Assembly (NCBI GenBank): GCA_013152275.1
Contig: JAADGS010000018.1
Location: 11,896-75,895, forward strand
DNA: 64,000 bases
Direction of reading: 5' to 3'
DNA from: Actinomycetota bacterium
GTDB taxonomy: Bacteria; Actinomycetota; Acidimicrobiia; Spongiisociales; UBA4744
Below are positions 38,175 to 47,281 of the stretch, piece by piece. Within the stretch, counting starts at the first letter, position 1. Each line of letters begins with the position of its first letter. Both the position numbers and the translations under genes were made by a program. Below the pieces are notes generated by a model, which ran no database searches, was not told the DNA's origin, and saw only the letters and a list, made by a program, of their open reading frames with translations.

Positions 38175-39395
38175 TCAGGCCGGCGCCAGGAACACGACGT
38201 CGGCAACACCGAAATCAGGAGCGACGAGCCGGTCCCGGAGCGGTAGGACATCCGTCTGCTTCAGCATGAGGGATCGCAGCACCCCGGCGCCTGCCGTGGC
38301 ACCGGCGAGCTGAAAGCCGACGATGCGACCGTCGTCCAGGAATACCTTGCGCATCAGGTCGCCCCTGCGCCAGTGCAGCTCCTCGGACCCGCTGCTCGCT
38401 CCGGCCACCATCACCGGCACACCGAGATGCTTCAGGCTGTTCATCGTCTCGGAGCCCTCATAGGCTCCGTCGTAGCCGGCGAGGCCATCGGCCACAACCT
38501 TCGCCTGAGCGACCGCGTTCGGGAAGATGGCATGAACATATCGTTCACCGGTGAGGCGATCGTATGTCTCGGCGACATCGCCTGCTGCGCTGATGCCCGG
38601 GATGTTGGTTCGAAGGTGATCGTCGACGCGTACACCCCAGCCGATGTCGAGACCCGAACCGGCAAGGTAGTCGACGTTCGGTTTCACCCCGGTGGCGGCG
38701 ACATAGGCATCGGCCGTCAGCGACTCACCGGAGTCGAGCATGAGACCCGTCACGCTCGTGGCACCTTCGAAACCGGAAGCCTTGGCCTCCAGGCGGACCA
38801 CGATGCCCCGGCTCTGCAACTCGGCCAGCACGATCGTTGCGGTCTCCGGGTCCAGCATTCTCGGCATGACCCGATCCATCATCTCGACCATGGTGACGTC
38901 CACGCCGAGATCGGTCAGCAGGAGGGCTACCTCCACGCCGATGAAGCCGGCGCCGACGATGAGCGCCCGTTCCACCTTGCCTCGACGGACCCCGTCGACG
39001 AGTTTGGAGGCTGCGGCCATCGACTTGAAGTTGGACACGCCCGGGAGGTCCCGTCCTTCGATCGGCGCGTACAGGCTGCTCCCCGAGGCGATGACCAGAT
39101 GGTCGTACGGCACACGGCCGGCCCCGTCGAGTGTCACCTGTCCGGATGTCGGGTCGATCCCCAGAACCCGGGTTCCGGAGCGGTAGTCGATGCCGAGACG
39201 GTCACAGACGTCACGACCTTTCCAGTAGATCGACTGTTCCCTTCCGGTCAGGAAGAAGTCCGCCATCGCGGGAGGTGCGTACGGCGGGTACGGTTCCGCA
39301 GAGATCATCACGATGTCGGTGTCGACGCCGTGTATGCGGAGCGTCTCTGCCACGGTGAGGCCGGCGGGACCGGCTCCAATGATCACGAGTTTCAT
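38175..39395 (-). CDS. FAD/NAD(P)-binding oxidoreductase (pyridine nucleotide-disulfide oxidoreductase fold, FNOR-like), CODH-associated
   Basis: Dinucleotide motifs VIIGAGPAG and LIVGAGFIGVE. No redox-active CxxxxC. Its ATG overlaps the cooC stop (TGATG). Confidence 0.8.
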   Translation of the reverse strand: MKLVIIGAGPAGLTVAETLRIHGVDTDIVMISAEPYPPYAPPAMADFFLTGREQSIYWKGRDVCDRLGIDYRSGTRVLGIDPTSGQVTLDGAGRVPYDHLVIASGSSLYAPIEGRDLPGVSNFKSMAAASKLVDGVRRGKVERALIVGAGFIGVEVALLLTDLGVDVTMVEMMDRVMPRMLDPETATIVLAELQSRGIVVRLEAKASGFEGATSVTGLMLDSGESLTADAYVAATGVKPNVDYLAGSGLDIGWGVRVDDHLRTNIPGISAAGDVAETYDRLTGERYVHAIFPNAVAQAKVVADGLAGYDGAYEGSETMNSLKHLGVPVMVAGASSGSEELHWRRGDLMRKVFLDDGRIVGFQLAGATAGAGVLRSLMLKQTDVLPLRDRLVAPDFGVADVVFLAPA

Positions 39396-40261
39396 CAGTT
39401 CAGCTCCTGCTCGGTCTCGATGAGGGCGTCACAGAGTCGTGTGACGCCGTCGGCAAATGGGGTCGGGGAGCCGTCGAGCAGGGGGCTCAGGTCCGGCTCG
39501 GTGTCCAGCACGTGCTCGTCGAAGGGGAGGGCATGGCGCGAGGTGAACGGGAACCCGCCTTCGGCCTCGATGCGAGCGAGGGCGCGTTCGACGTCTTCGG
39601 GCTTTCGGACCCGGTTGATCACGAGATGCACGGCGGGGATTCCGAGCTCACGTGCCAGCCTCGCGGTGTTGACCGCCACCTGGATGCCGTTGAACGTCGG
39701 ATCCGACACCACAACGGCCTGGTGGAATCCCTTGGCGATCGCCCGACCGAAGTGCTCGACTCCGGCCTGGGTGTCCATCAGGATGACTTCGTCGTCGCGT
39801 AGTGACAGGTCTCCGACGATGGCGTCGAGGAGCGCGTTCTCCGGGCACAGACAGCCTGCTGCCGGCACGGTCACGGTTCCCATGGCGAGGACGCGGATCC
39901 GGTCGTTCGCCGGCACGGCGAATCGATCGATCACGTCGCGCACGTCAGGGTTCAGACGGAACAGCAGCCCCCAGCCTTCCCCGGGTCTGGCTCCCGTCTT
40001 CTCCTCGACATAGTCTGCATTCCGGCTGAGGGGAACGATTCCCCGAGCTTGCTCGAAGGGAAGCCCGAGGGCGTAGGGAAGGTTCATCTGCGGGTCGGAA
40101 TCCACCGTCAGGACGGCGTAGTCGCGCCGGCCGAGGAGCCCGGCGAGGAGGGCGGTGAGGCTGGTCTTGCCTACGCCCCCCTTGCCGGTGACGACCACGC
40201 GGAAACCATCGAGGGGGCCGGCCGTGTGCCGGCTCCCATGTTCATGGCCGTGATCGCTCAT
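39395..40261 (-). CDS. cooC: CO dehydrogenase nickel-insertion accessory ATPase CooC (MinD/ParA family)
   Basis: Walker A GKGGVGKTS, Ni-binding CLCPEN (CxC). GGAGGAGG SD. ATGA overlap with the cooS stop. The upstream 345 codons of the ORF-track ORF are rejected. Confidence 0.85.
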   Translation of the reverse strand: MSDHGHEHGSRHTAGPLDGFRVVVTGKGGVGKTSLTALLAGLLGRRDYAVLTVDSDPQMNLPYALGLPFEQARGIVPLSRNADYVEEKTGARPGEGWGLLFRLNPDVRDVIDRFAVPANDRIRVLAMGTVTVPAAGCLCPENALLDAIVGDLSLRDDEVILMDTQAGVEHFGRAIAKGFHQAVVVSDPTFNGIQVAVNTARLARELGIPAVHLVINRVRKPEDVERALARIEAEGGFPFTSRHALPFDEHVLDTEPDLSPLLDGSPTPFADGVTRLCDALIETEQELN

Positions 40262-42183
40262 ACCCCTGCTCCGACCTCCTCCGGCATCGCGATGCTGTCC
40301 GGTTCGACGAACGGCAGGCCCAACGCCTTGCGTTTGGCTTCGATGTGGCGTCGGATCAACACTGCTGCCCGTTCCGGGTCCGGTTCGACTCCGAACGTGG
40401 CTCCGACGACGCCCTCGAGCCCGTCGGTCAGGAGGTTGACCACGTTCTCGCTTCCGAAGATCGGTGGTTGCACCCCCAGCACGGTGTAGATGCCGCTGGC
40501 CACGACGTACGCACCGATGGCGACGGCCTTCTCCGAATACCACTCGGGTGCCGCACCTGCCATCGGCAGATCGGAGATGTCGACACCGAGGTGGTTCGCG
40601 AGGGCCGCAGCCAGCACGAGGACGCGGCTGTTGTCCACACACGATCCCATGTGCAGCACCGGCGGGATGCCGAGTGCCTTGGCGATGGCTCCGAGTCCCG
40701 TCCCTGCCAGATCCGCGGCTTCGGGAACCAGGTGGCCCGCCTTCCCGTTGGCGATGGCGGCACAGCCGGTGACGACGACCAGGACGTCGTTCTCGATGAG
40801 TCGCTGTGTCAGCGTCACGTGGCCCTTGTCCTGTGGGATCTTCGGGTTGTTGCAGCCGACGATCGCGACCGCGCCGCGAATCTGTCCGCTCTTGATGGCG
40901 TCCACCAGCGGTTCGGGGGTGCCTCCCAGCGCGCCGAGGATCGCCTCGACGGAGAAGCCGGCCATCATCGGCACCGGTTCTCCCGGGATCAGGACCCGAT
41001 CGGGGACACGGTTGGCGTATGCCTCGACCGCCGCGCGCACGATCTGCTTGCCGATCTCGAGGCCCCGGTGAGGGTCGAACGAGATGTGCGTGGCGCCCGG
41101 GAACTTCGCCTTGTCGGCCGTCGAGATGATCTGTGTGTGGAAGCACTTGGCTATGTCCGTCACCGACGGCATGATGCACTGGTAGTCCACGACCATCGCC
41201 TCGAGCGCTCCCGTCATGATCACCAGTTCCTGTATCAGGTGGTTGCCGGCCATCGGCACCCCTTTGCGCATCAGGAGCTCGTTGCCGGTACAGCACAGTC
41301 CGACGAGGTTGATGCCTTCGGCACCCAGCTCCTTGGCACGTGCCACGAGTTCCGGGTCACCTGCCGCCTGCACGATCACCTCCGACAGCAGCGGGTTGTG
41401 GCCGTGCAGCGCGATGTTCACGTATTCCCTCTTGAGCGTGCCGAGGTTGACCTGGGACATGACCGGTTCGGGCGTGCCGAACAGCACATCCGACAGGTCG
41501 GTGGCGACCATCGACCCTCCCCAGCCGTCGGAGAGGCTCGTACGCAGGCCGTGCAGCAGGATGTTGACGTAGTCGTTGTCGACGCCCATGTGGGTACGGT
41601 GCAGCATCTCGACATTCTCACGATCGATGCCCCGAGGGGTGATCCCCAGCTCTGCCCACTTGGCCCTGCGCACCTCGGGGACGCGGCCCAAGAAACCGAT
41701 GCGCTCCTTGCGGCTTCCGTAGTCTTCGAAGATGGCCTCGGCCAGTTCGACGGCTACGTCCGACGCCGATCGCCCGTCGGAGGCGATGCCGTACTCCGCA
41801 GCCAGGCTCCTCAGTTTCGCTTCGTCCCTGATCTCGTATCCGCTGGTCTCGCCTTGGGCGGTCTCGAGGAAGACTTCGAGGATGTCACGGCCGTGATCTG
41901 AATGTGCGGCCGCGCCGGCGGCGATCGATCGGCCCAGGTTTCGGGCGACGATGGTGTCGGCATCGGCGCCACACACGCCCTTCTGGGGGCCTTCGCCAAA
42001 CGGGTCGACGCGACACGGGCCCATCGCACAGTTGCGACAGCTCACGCCCAGCAGACAGTATCCGCACTGTGGCTGCTGGGCGGCGAGGCGCTCCCACACG
42101 GTGTCGATACCTTCGAGGTGGGCTCGGCGCAGCATCACCTGGGCGTCTGCCGCAATGCTCTGTTTCTCGATTCGACTCGTCAT
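40258..42183 (-). CDS. cooS: anaerobic Ni,Fe carbon monoxide dehydrogenase catalytic subunit CooS
   Basis: D/B-cluster cysteines QCGYCLLGVSCRNCAMGPCR. Apparent C-cluster ligands HGHNP, GLCCTGNE, DYQCIM, VGCNNP, VTGCAA, MGSCVDN. GGGAGGAG SD. Overlaps the cooF stop (TGATG). Confidence 0.9.
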   Translation of the reverse strand: MTSRIEKQSIAADAQVMLRRAHLEGIDTVWERLAAQQPQCGYCLLGVSCRNCAMGPCRVDPFGEGPQKGVCGADADTIVARNLGRSIAAGAAAHSDHGRDILEVFLETAQGETSGYEIRDEAKLRSLAAEYGIASDGRSASDVAVELAEAIFEDYGSRKERIGFLGRVPEVRRAKWAELGITPRGIDRENVEMLHRTHMGVDNDYVNILLHGLRTSLSDGWGGSMVATDLSDVLFGTPEPVMSQVNLGTLKREYVNIALHGHNPLLSEVIVQAAGDPELVARAKELGAEGINLVGLCCTGNELLMRKGVPMAGNHLIQELVIMTGALEAMVVDYQCIMPSVTDIAKCFHTQIISTADKAKFPGATHISFDPHRGLEIGKQIVRAAVEAYANRVPDRVLIPGEPVPMMAGFSVEAILGALGGTPEPLVDAIKSGQIRGAVAIVGCNNPKIPQDKGHVTLTQRLIENDVLVVVTGCAAIANGKAGHLVPEAADLAGTGLGAIAKALGIPPVLHMGSCVDNSRVLVLAAALANHLGVDISDLPMAGAAPEWYSEKAVAIGAYVVASGIYTVLGVQPPIFGSENVVNLLTDGLEGVVGATFGVEPDPERAAVLIRRHIEAKRKALGLPFVEPDSIAMPEEVGAGV

Positions 42184-42794
42184 CAGACTCCTCCCGCCAC
42201 GTGAGCGACTTCCTTGCCCCAGGCTCGCCAGCCGGCCAACATGTCCGGCTCCGTCGGGGCCACGCCTGTGGTGGCATCGATCGCGAGCACCGCCTTCTGG
42301 ATCCGTTCCTCCCTCAGGAGGTCGTTCAGCTCCCCGTAGACGAGGGCATCCACCTTGCAGACTTCGACACACGCCGGTTCCTCGTCACGGCGGATGCGAT
42401 CGAAGCATCCGTCGCACTTGGTGGAGACGACCCGAGGCGCCGCCGCTTCGGCCTGCACATGGAACGTGATCGCAGCGAACGGGCAGACCATGGCGCACAT
42501 CGCGCAGGCGATGCACTTGTCGATGTCGACGAGAACGACGCCGAATTCGTCGTTGCGACCGATGGCCGCGGTCGGGCACACCTGCTGGCATGGCGCTGGG
42601 TCACAGTGGTGGCAACGGTTGGGGAACGAACTCCCCATCCATGGGCCGGATTCGACGTGGATCCTGGGCTTCGGCACAGGACTCTCGAAGATTGCCAGGT
42701 ACGGATCCTTGCTTCTGGAATGTTCGACCGCGCAGGCAAACTCACATTGCCGGCAGCCGATACATCGTTGTGGATTCACGAAGACTGTTTTCAC
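42183..42794 (-). CDS. cooF: CooF-type 4x[4Fe-4S] ferredoxin (CODH electron-transfer subunit)
   Basis: Four CxxCxxCxxxCP-type clusters (CIGCRQCEFAC, CHHCDPAPCQQVCP, CIACAMCAMVCP, CDGC...CVEVC). AGGAGG SD 7 nt before the GTG start. Confidence 0.85.
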   Translation of the reverse strand: MKTVFVNPQRCIGCRQCEFACAVEHSRSKDPYLAIFESPVPKPRIHVESGPWMGSSFPNRCHHCDPAPCQQVCPTAAIGRNDEFGVVLVDIDKCIACAMCAMVCPFAAITFHVQAEAAAPRVVSTKCDGCFDRIRRDEEPACVEVCKVDALVYGELNDLLREERIQKAVLAIDATTGVAPTEPDMLAGWRAWGKEVAHVAGGV

Positions 42795-42945
42795 ATGATC
42801 ACCTCCTGATGCGTCGTCGGGCGGGTTGTGCGCGTGACGGCGGCGCCCGTCGCCCAGGAGCCTGTTGGGCAATGCAAGGCACGTATCTCGACGACCGTGC
42901 AGCGCCCTTCGATGCAGTGAGCGACCGTGCTTTGTCACGCCAGAG

Positions 42946-43021
42946 CCGTCGCGCTCGCCCCGCGATCCCGAATCGACCCGAGGGTGCGATACGGAATGCG
43001 AAGCACCGGGTACGAGATGAG
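42946..43021. repeat. CGCTCGCC-core + CGAAG heptad intergenic element (upstream of cooF / DUF2520 divergent region)
   Basis: CCGTCGCGCTCGCCCCGCG ... GCGATACGGAATGCGAAGCACCGGGTACGAGATGAG. Shares its core and heptads with loci at 59.0, 61.7 and 63.0 kb. Confidence 0.7.
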
Positions 43022-43224
43022 TGATGCGTACAGTCGGCGATCCACGCACCGGCGTTACTCAGGAGACTTCTGGGTGGACAACTGGAAACTACCCCATGAT
43101 GCTTTCCACGCTAGCTCCGTACGTGCGTCGGCGTCGGCCTCGACGCGTTCTTGTGACAGATGGTGAGAACGGCGGGTAGCCTGTTGTCCGGTCGGGTACC
43201 GCGGACTCGAACCGGGAGGTTCCG

Positions 43225-44040
43225 TTGAACATCATCCTCGTCGGACCGGGGCGTGCAGGCACGGCGTTGTGTCTGGCTGCAGCATCGGCGGGTCACCGTG
43301 TCGTCGCCGTGCTCGGGCGCAGACGGGAGGCCGTCGAGGAGGCCGCTGCACGATTCGACGCTTCTGCCCTCTGCTTCGACGACGGTCTCCCCGCGGCGGA
43401 TCTGCTCGTGGTGGCGGTGCGGGACGATGCCATCGAAGAGGTCGCCGGGCGGCTGGCACCGGGTGTGTCCAACGTCGGCGCCGCCGTTCACCTCAGCGGT
43501 CTGAAGCCGGCGTCGGCACTCGGTCCGCTGGCCGATGCGGGAGTGTCGATCGGCGTGCTGCACCCCCTGCAGACGTTGCCGACGCCCGAGGCGGGAGCCG
43601 CGGCCATTCCCGGTTCATGGTTTGCCGTCACCGCACACGATCCGGGACTCCGGTCGGATCTCGAAGACCTCGTCGCGTCGATCGGCGGGCACCCCTTTGC
43701 GCTCGGCGACGAGGATCGTGCCCTCTATCACGCCGCTGCCGCGACCGCAGCGACCGGTACGGTCGCCGTGCTGGCACTCGCGGCAAAGCTGTTTGCGGCG
43801 GCAGGTGTTCCGTTCGAGGCGGCCCGCCCGCTCGTCGAGGCCGTCGTCGCCAACGCATTCCGGCTCGGTCCGGGGGAGTCGCTGACCGGTCCGATCCAGC
43901 GGGGCGACGTCGGGACGGTTGCCGCCCAGCTCCAGGCCGTCGCCGATCGTCTACCCGAAGAGGTCGACCGGTTCCGGATGCTCGGTAGAGTCGTGGCCGA
44001 ACTGGCGGGGACCCGAGACATCTTCGAGGAGATTCTGTGA
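43225..44040 (+). CDS. Rossmann-fold NAD(P)-binding protein with DUF2520 (Rv3603c-like)
   Basis: N-terminal ILVGPGRAG dinucleotide fold. Position immediately before panC as in mycobacteria. TTG/GTG start is uncertain. Confidence 0.65.
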   Translation: MNIILVGPGRAGTALCLAAASAGHRVVAVLGRRREAVEEAAARFDASALCFDDGLPAADLLVVAVRDDAIEEVAGRLAPGVSNVGAAVHLSGLKPASALGPLADAGVSIGVLHPLQTLPTPEAGAAAIPGSWFAVTAHDPGLRSDLEDLVASIGGHPFALGDEDRALYHAAAATAATGTVAVLALAAKLFAAAGVPFEAARPLVEAVVANAFRLGPGESLTGPIQRGDVGTVAAQLQAVADRLPEEVDRFRMLGRVVAELAGTRDIFEEIL

Positions 44041-44930
44041 ACATCGTCACAACGTTCGAGGAGGCTCGGGCAGCGAGAAGGGGTGTCGTTGCCCTCGTGC
44101 CGACGATGGGCTACTTCCACGAGGGACACTTGTCGCTGATCCGCGCCGCACGCACCGGTGCCGACACGGTGCTCGTCAGCCTGTTCGTCAATCCTCTCCA
44201 GTTCGGCGAAGGTGAAGACCTGGACCGGTATCCGCGCGATCTGGACAGGGATGCCGCACTGGCCGACGACGCGGGCGCCGACGTGCTGTTCGCCCCCGCC
44301 GTCGAGACGATGTACCCGCTGGAGCCGGCGACACGGGTCACCGTCGGTTCACTCACCGACCACCTCTGCGGCGCCTACCGGCCGGGGCACTTCGAGGGTG
44401 TGGCGACGGTGGTCACCAAGCTCTTCGCCGGCCTTCAGCCCGACCTCGCCGTGTTCGGACGCAAGGACGCCCAGCAGCTCGCGGTGCTGCGTCGGCTCGC
44501 CATCGACCTGTCGTTTCCGGTTCGGGTGGTCGGCCGGCCCATCGTTCGTGAACAGGACGGACTCGCTCTTTCGAGCCGCAACCTCTATCTGTCGGGGGAG
44601 CAGCGTCGATCGGCGCTCGCGCTGTCGCGTGGCCTTGCCCGCTGCGCGCTGGCGGCGCTGGACGGGGAGCGGTCCGGGGCCGCGCTGGAGTCGATCGTGC
44701 GGACCGAGTGCGAGCAGGCTCCGGGCGTCGACGTGCAGTATGTGCAACTCGTCGACGCGCAAACGGTGCAACCGATCCCGGAACTCGACCGTGACGCGTT
44801 CCTGGCCATCGCCGCGCACGTCGGGACGACACGACTCATCGACAACGTCCATTTCTGGCTCGATGGAGGCAAGCTCACCTACGAGCTCGGCGAACGTCTC
44901 GACCGGGCAACGATTCTGGGAGGCAACTGA
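44037..44930 (+). CDS. panC: pantoate--beta-alanine ligase
   Basis: LVPTMGYFHEGHLSLI (HIGH-type motif), FGRKDAQQL. Confidence 0.9.
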   Translation: MNIVTTFEEARAARRGVVALVPTMGYFHEGHLSLIRAARTGADTVLVSLFVNPLQFGEGEDLDRYPRDLDRDAALADDAGADVLFAPAVETMYPLEPATRVTVGSLTDHLCGAYRPGHFEGVATVVTKLFAGLQPDLAVFGRKDAQQLAVLRRLAIDLSFPVRVVGRPIVREQDGLALSSRNLYLSGEQRRSALALSRGLARCALAALDGERSGAALESIVRTECEQAPGVDVQYVQLVDAQTVQPIPELDRDAFLAIAAHVGTTRLIDNVHFWLDGGKLTYELGERLDRATILGGN

Positions 44931-44931
44931 C

Positions 44932-45699
44932 ATGCTGCTCGCCATCGACATGGGCAACACCCAGACCGTCGTGGGTCTGCTGGAGGGCCCGCAACTGGCT
45001 CATCACTGGCGGTTCGCGACCGACCATGCGCGCACCCCCGACCAGTATCGGCTCCTCCTGAAGGGGTTCTTCGATCTCGATGGCATCGACGCCGACTCGG
45101 TCACCGGTGTCGTCATCTCATCGGTGGTGCCCCATGCGACCGAGACGCTCCACACGGCTGCGGAGTTGTTCGACTCTGCGGAGGTCCTCATCGTGGAGCC
45201 GGGCATCAAGACCGGCATGCCGATCCTGATCGACAATCCGAAGGAGGTGGGTGCGGACAGGATCGTCAACTCGGTTGCCGCGAGGCACGCCTACGGGACC
45301 CCCGTCGTCGTCGTGGACTTCGGCACTTCGACCAACTTCGACATCGTCTCCAGGAAAGGTGAGTACCTCGGCGGTGCGATCGCTCCGGGTCTGGAAGTCT
45401 CCATGGACGCGCTCGTGTCGGCGACCGCGGCGCTGCGGCGAGTTGCCCTCGAGCCGCCCCGTGCGGCGATAGGCAAGGGCACCGTCGAGGCGATCCAGTC
45501 GGGACTCCTCTACGGGCATGCAGGCCTGGTCGACGGGATCATGGCTCGAATCGTCGACGAGCTGGGACCGGACACCGCGACGGTTGCCACCGGTGGGCTC
45601 GCATCGGTGATCGTTCCGCACTGCCGCACCGTCGACCAGATCGACGAGTTCCTGACGCTGTCCGGTCTTCGGCTGCTCTGGGAGCGCAACGCGGGGTAA
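44932..45699 (+). CDS. coaX: type III pantothenate kinase
   Basis: LLAIDMGNTQTVVGL, VVVVDFGTSTNFD motifs. ORF-track N-extension rejected. Confidence 0.9.
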   Translation: MLLAIDMGNTQTVVGLLEGPQLAHHWRFATDHARTPDQYRLLLKGFFDLDGIDADSVTGVVISSVVPHATETLHTAAELFDSAEVLIVEPGIKTGMPILIDNPKEVGADRIVNSVAARHAYGTPVVVVDFGTSTNFDIVSRKGEYLGGAIAPGLEVSMDALVSATAALRRVALEPPRAAIGKGTVEAIQSGLLYGHAGLVDGIMARIVDELGPDTATVATGGLASVIVPHCRTVDQIDEFLTLSGLRLLWERNAG

Positions 45700-45711
45700 G
45701 GTGCTGCGGCC

Positions 45712-47226
45712 ATGACCGACGAACACGAAACACCGCTTTCCGACGAGGACCCCCTTGCCGCGGACCCACTGACCGCACGGCGCCTCGCCAAGGTGGAGGC
45801 GTTGAGGGCGCTCGGCGAGGAGCCCTATCCACAGCGTTTCGAGAGGACCGCCACGGCGGCCGATCTCGCCGGGGAGTACGGGGATCTCGATCCCGGATCG
45901 TCGACGGGGGCGATCGTGTCGGTCGCGGGTCGGATCGTCAACATCCGGCGGCTTGGCAAGCTGAGCTTCTGCGTCTTGCAGGACGTCAGCGGGCAGATCC
46001 AGCTCTTCGTGGACAGGCGCACGATGGGAGATGACCGTTTCGAGCGGTTCGGCGAGGACATCGATACCGGCGACTGGGTCGGGGCGACCGGCGAAGTCAT
46101 CACGACCCGACGAGGCGAACTGAGCGTGCGCACCGGCGAGATCCGTCTGCTCTCCAAGGCGTTACGGCCGCTGCCGGAGAAGTGGCACGGGTTGCAGGAC
46201 AAGGAGCGCAGATTCCGCCGCCGCTACCTCGATCTGCTCGCCAACGAGCAGGCCAGGCGTGTCGCCAAGGTGCGGATCGACACGGTCGCGGCGCTCCGGG
46301 ACTCCTTCGTCCGGCGGGGGTTCGTCGAGGTTGAAACACCGATGCTGCAATCCGAGGCCGGCGGCGCGCTCGCTCGGCCGTTCGTCACCCACCACAACGC
46401 GCTCGATATCGACATGTACCTGCGCATCGCCACGGAGCTGCACCTCAAGCGCCTCGTCATCGGAGGGATGGAGAGAGTCTTCGAACTGGGCAGGGTCTTT
46501 CGCAACGAGGGAATCGACGCGACACACAATCCCGAGTTCACGACGCTGGAGGCATACCAGGCGTTCGCCGACTATCACGACGTGATGGACCTGATGGAGG
46601 GTGTCCTCGGTGCGGTCGCCGAGGCCGCCACGGGGGGAGCGGTCATCGAGTATCAGGGCAGGACGCTCGATTTCACGCCGCCCTATCGTCGGGTCCGCCT
46701 TCTCGATCTGGTGGCCGAGGCGACCGGCGTGGAGATCTCCTTCGACCGCACACGTGAGGAGTTGGCCGATGTGTGCCGGCAACACGGCATCTCGGTGCAT
46801 CCGGTCTGGGGCAAGGGCAAACTGATCGTCGAACTGTACGAGCGGCTGGTGGAGCCGAACTTGTGGGAGCCGACATTCGTGATCGACTTTCCGAAGGAGA
46901 CCTCTCCGCTCGCCAGGGAGCATCGTGATGATCCGAACCTGACGGAACGGTTCGAGCTGTTCGCCGGTGGGATGGAGTTGTGCAACGCATTCAGCGAGCT
47001 GATCGACCCCGTCGACCAGCGGGCGCGCTTCGAGGCCCAGGCTCGGGCCAAGGCCGAAGGCGAGGAGGAGACCCACCCGGTGGATGAGGACTTCCTCAGG
47101 GCGCTCGAATACGGGATGCCACCCACCGGCGGGCTCGGGATCGGTGTGGATCGGCTCGTGATGTTGCTGGCCGGCGAATCAACGATTCGTGAAGTGGTCC
47201 TCTTCCCGACGATGCGCCCCGAATAA
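45712..47226 (+). CDS. lysS: lysine--tRNA ligase (class II)
   Basis: OB anticodon-binding domain, class II motifs (FRNEG..., GGLGIGVDRLVM). Confidence 0.95.
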   Translation: MTDEHETPLSDEDPLAADPLTARRLAKVEALRALGEEPYPQRFERTATAADLAGEYGDLDPGSSTGAIVSVAGRIVNIRRLGKLSFCVLQDVSGQIQLFVDRRTMGDDRFERFGEDIDTGDWVGATGEVITTRRGELSVRTGEIRLLSKALRPLPEKWHGLQDKERRFRRRYLDLLANEQARRVAKVRIDTVAALRDSFVRRGFVEVETPMLQSEAGGALARPFVTHHNALDIDMYLRIATELHLKRLVIGGMERVFELGRVFRNEGIDATHNPEFTTLEAYQAFADYHDVMDLMEGVLGAVAEAATGGAVIEYQGRTLDFTPPYRRVRLLDLVAEATGVEISFDRTREELADVCRQHGISVHPVWGKGKLIVELYERLVEPNLWEPTFVIDFPKETSPLAREHRDDPNLTERFELFAGGMELCNAFSELIDPVDQRARFEAQARAKAEGEEETHPVDEDFLRALEYGMPPTGGLGIGVDRLVMLLAGESTIREVVLFPTMRPE

Positions 47227-47281
47227 CCGTTCTCGTGACGCTTCGATGGGATAATTCCCGTCAACCGTCACGAGAACAGGG
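47227..47281. terminator. Bidirectional hairpin between convergent lysS and aminotransferase (13-14 bp stem, 25-nt loop, followed by GTTTTGAG)
   Basis: CCGTTCTCGTGACG ... CGTCACGAGAACAGG. The right arm overlaps the last codons of the aminotransferase gene. Confidence 0.55.

Noticed and set aside
40262-41296. Upstream 345 codons of ORF 39395..41296
   Set aside because: It overlaps cooS in another frame. The CooC homology, SD and ATGA coupling begin only at 40261.
38175-42794. Claiming horizontal transfer of the CODH island from composition
   Set aside because: GC content and codon style look indistinguishable from the flanks by eye. The insertion inference rests only on synteny, so HGT is not asserted.
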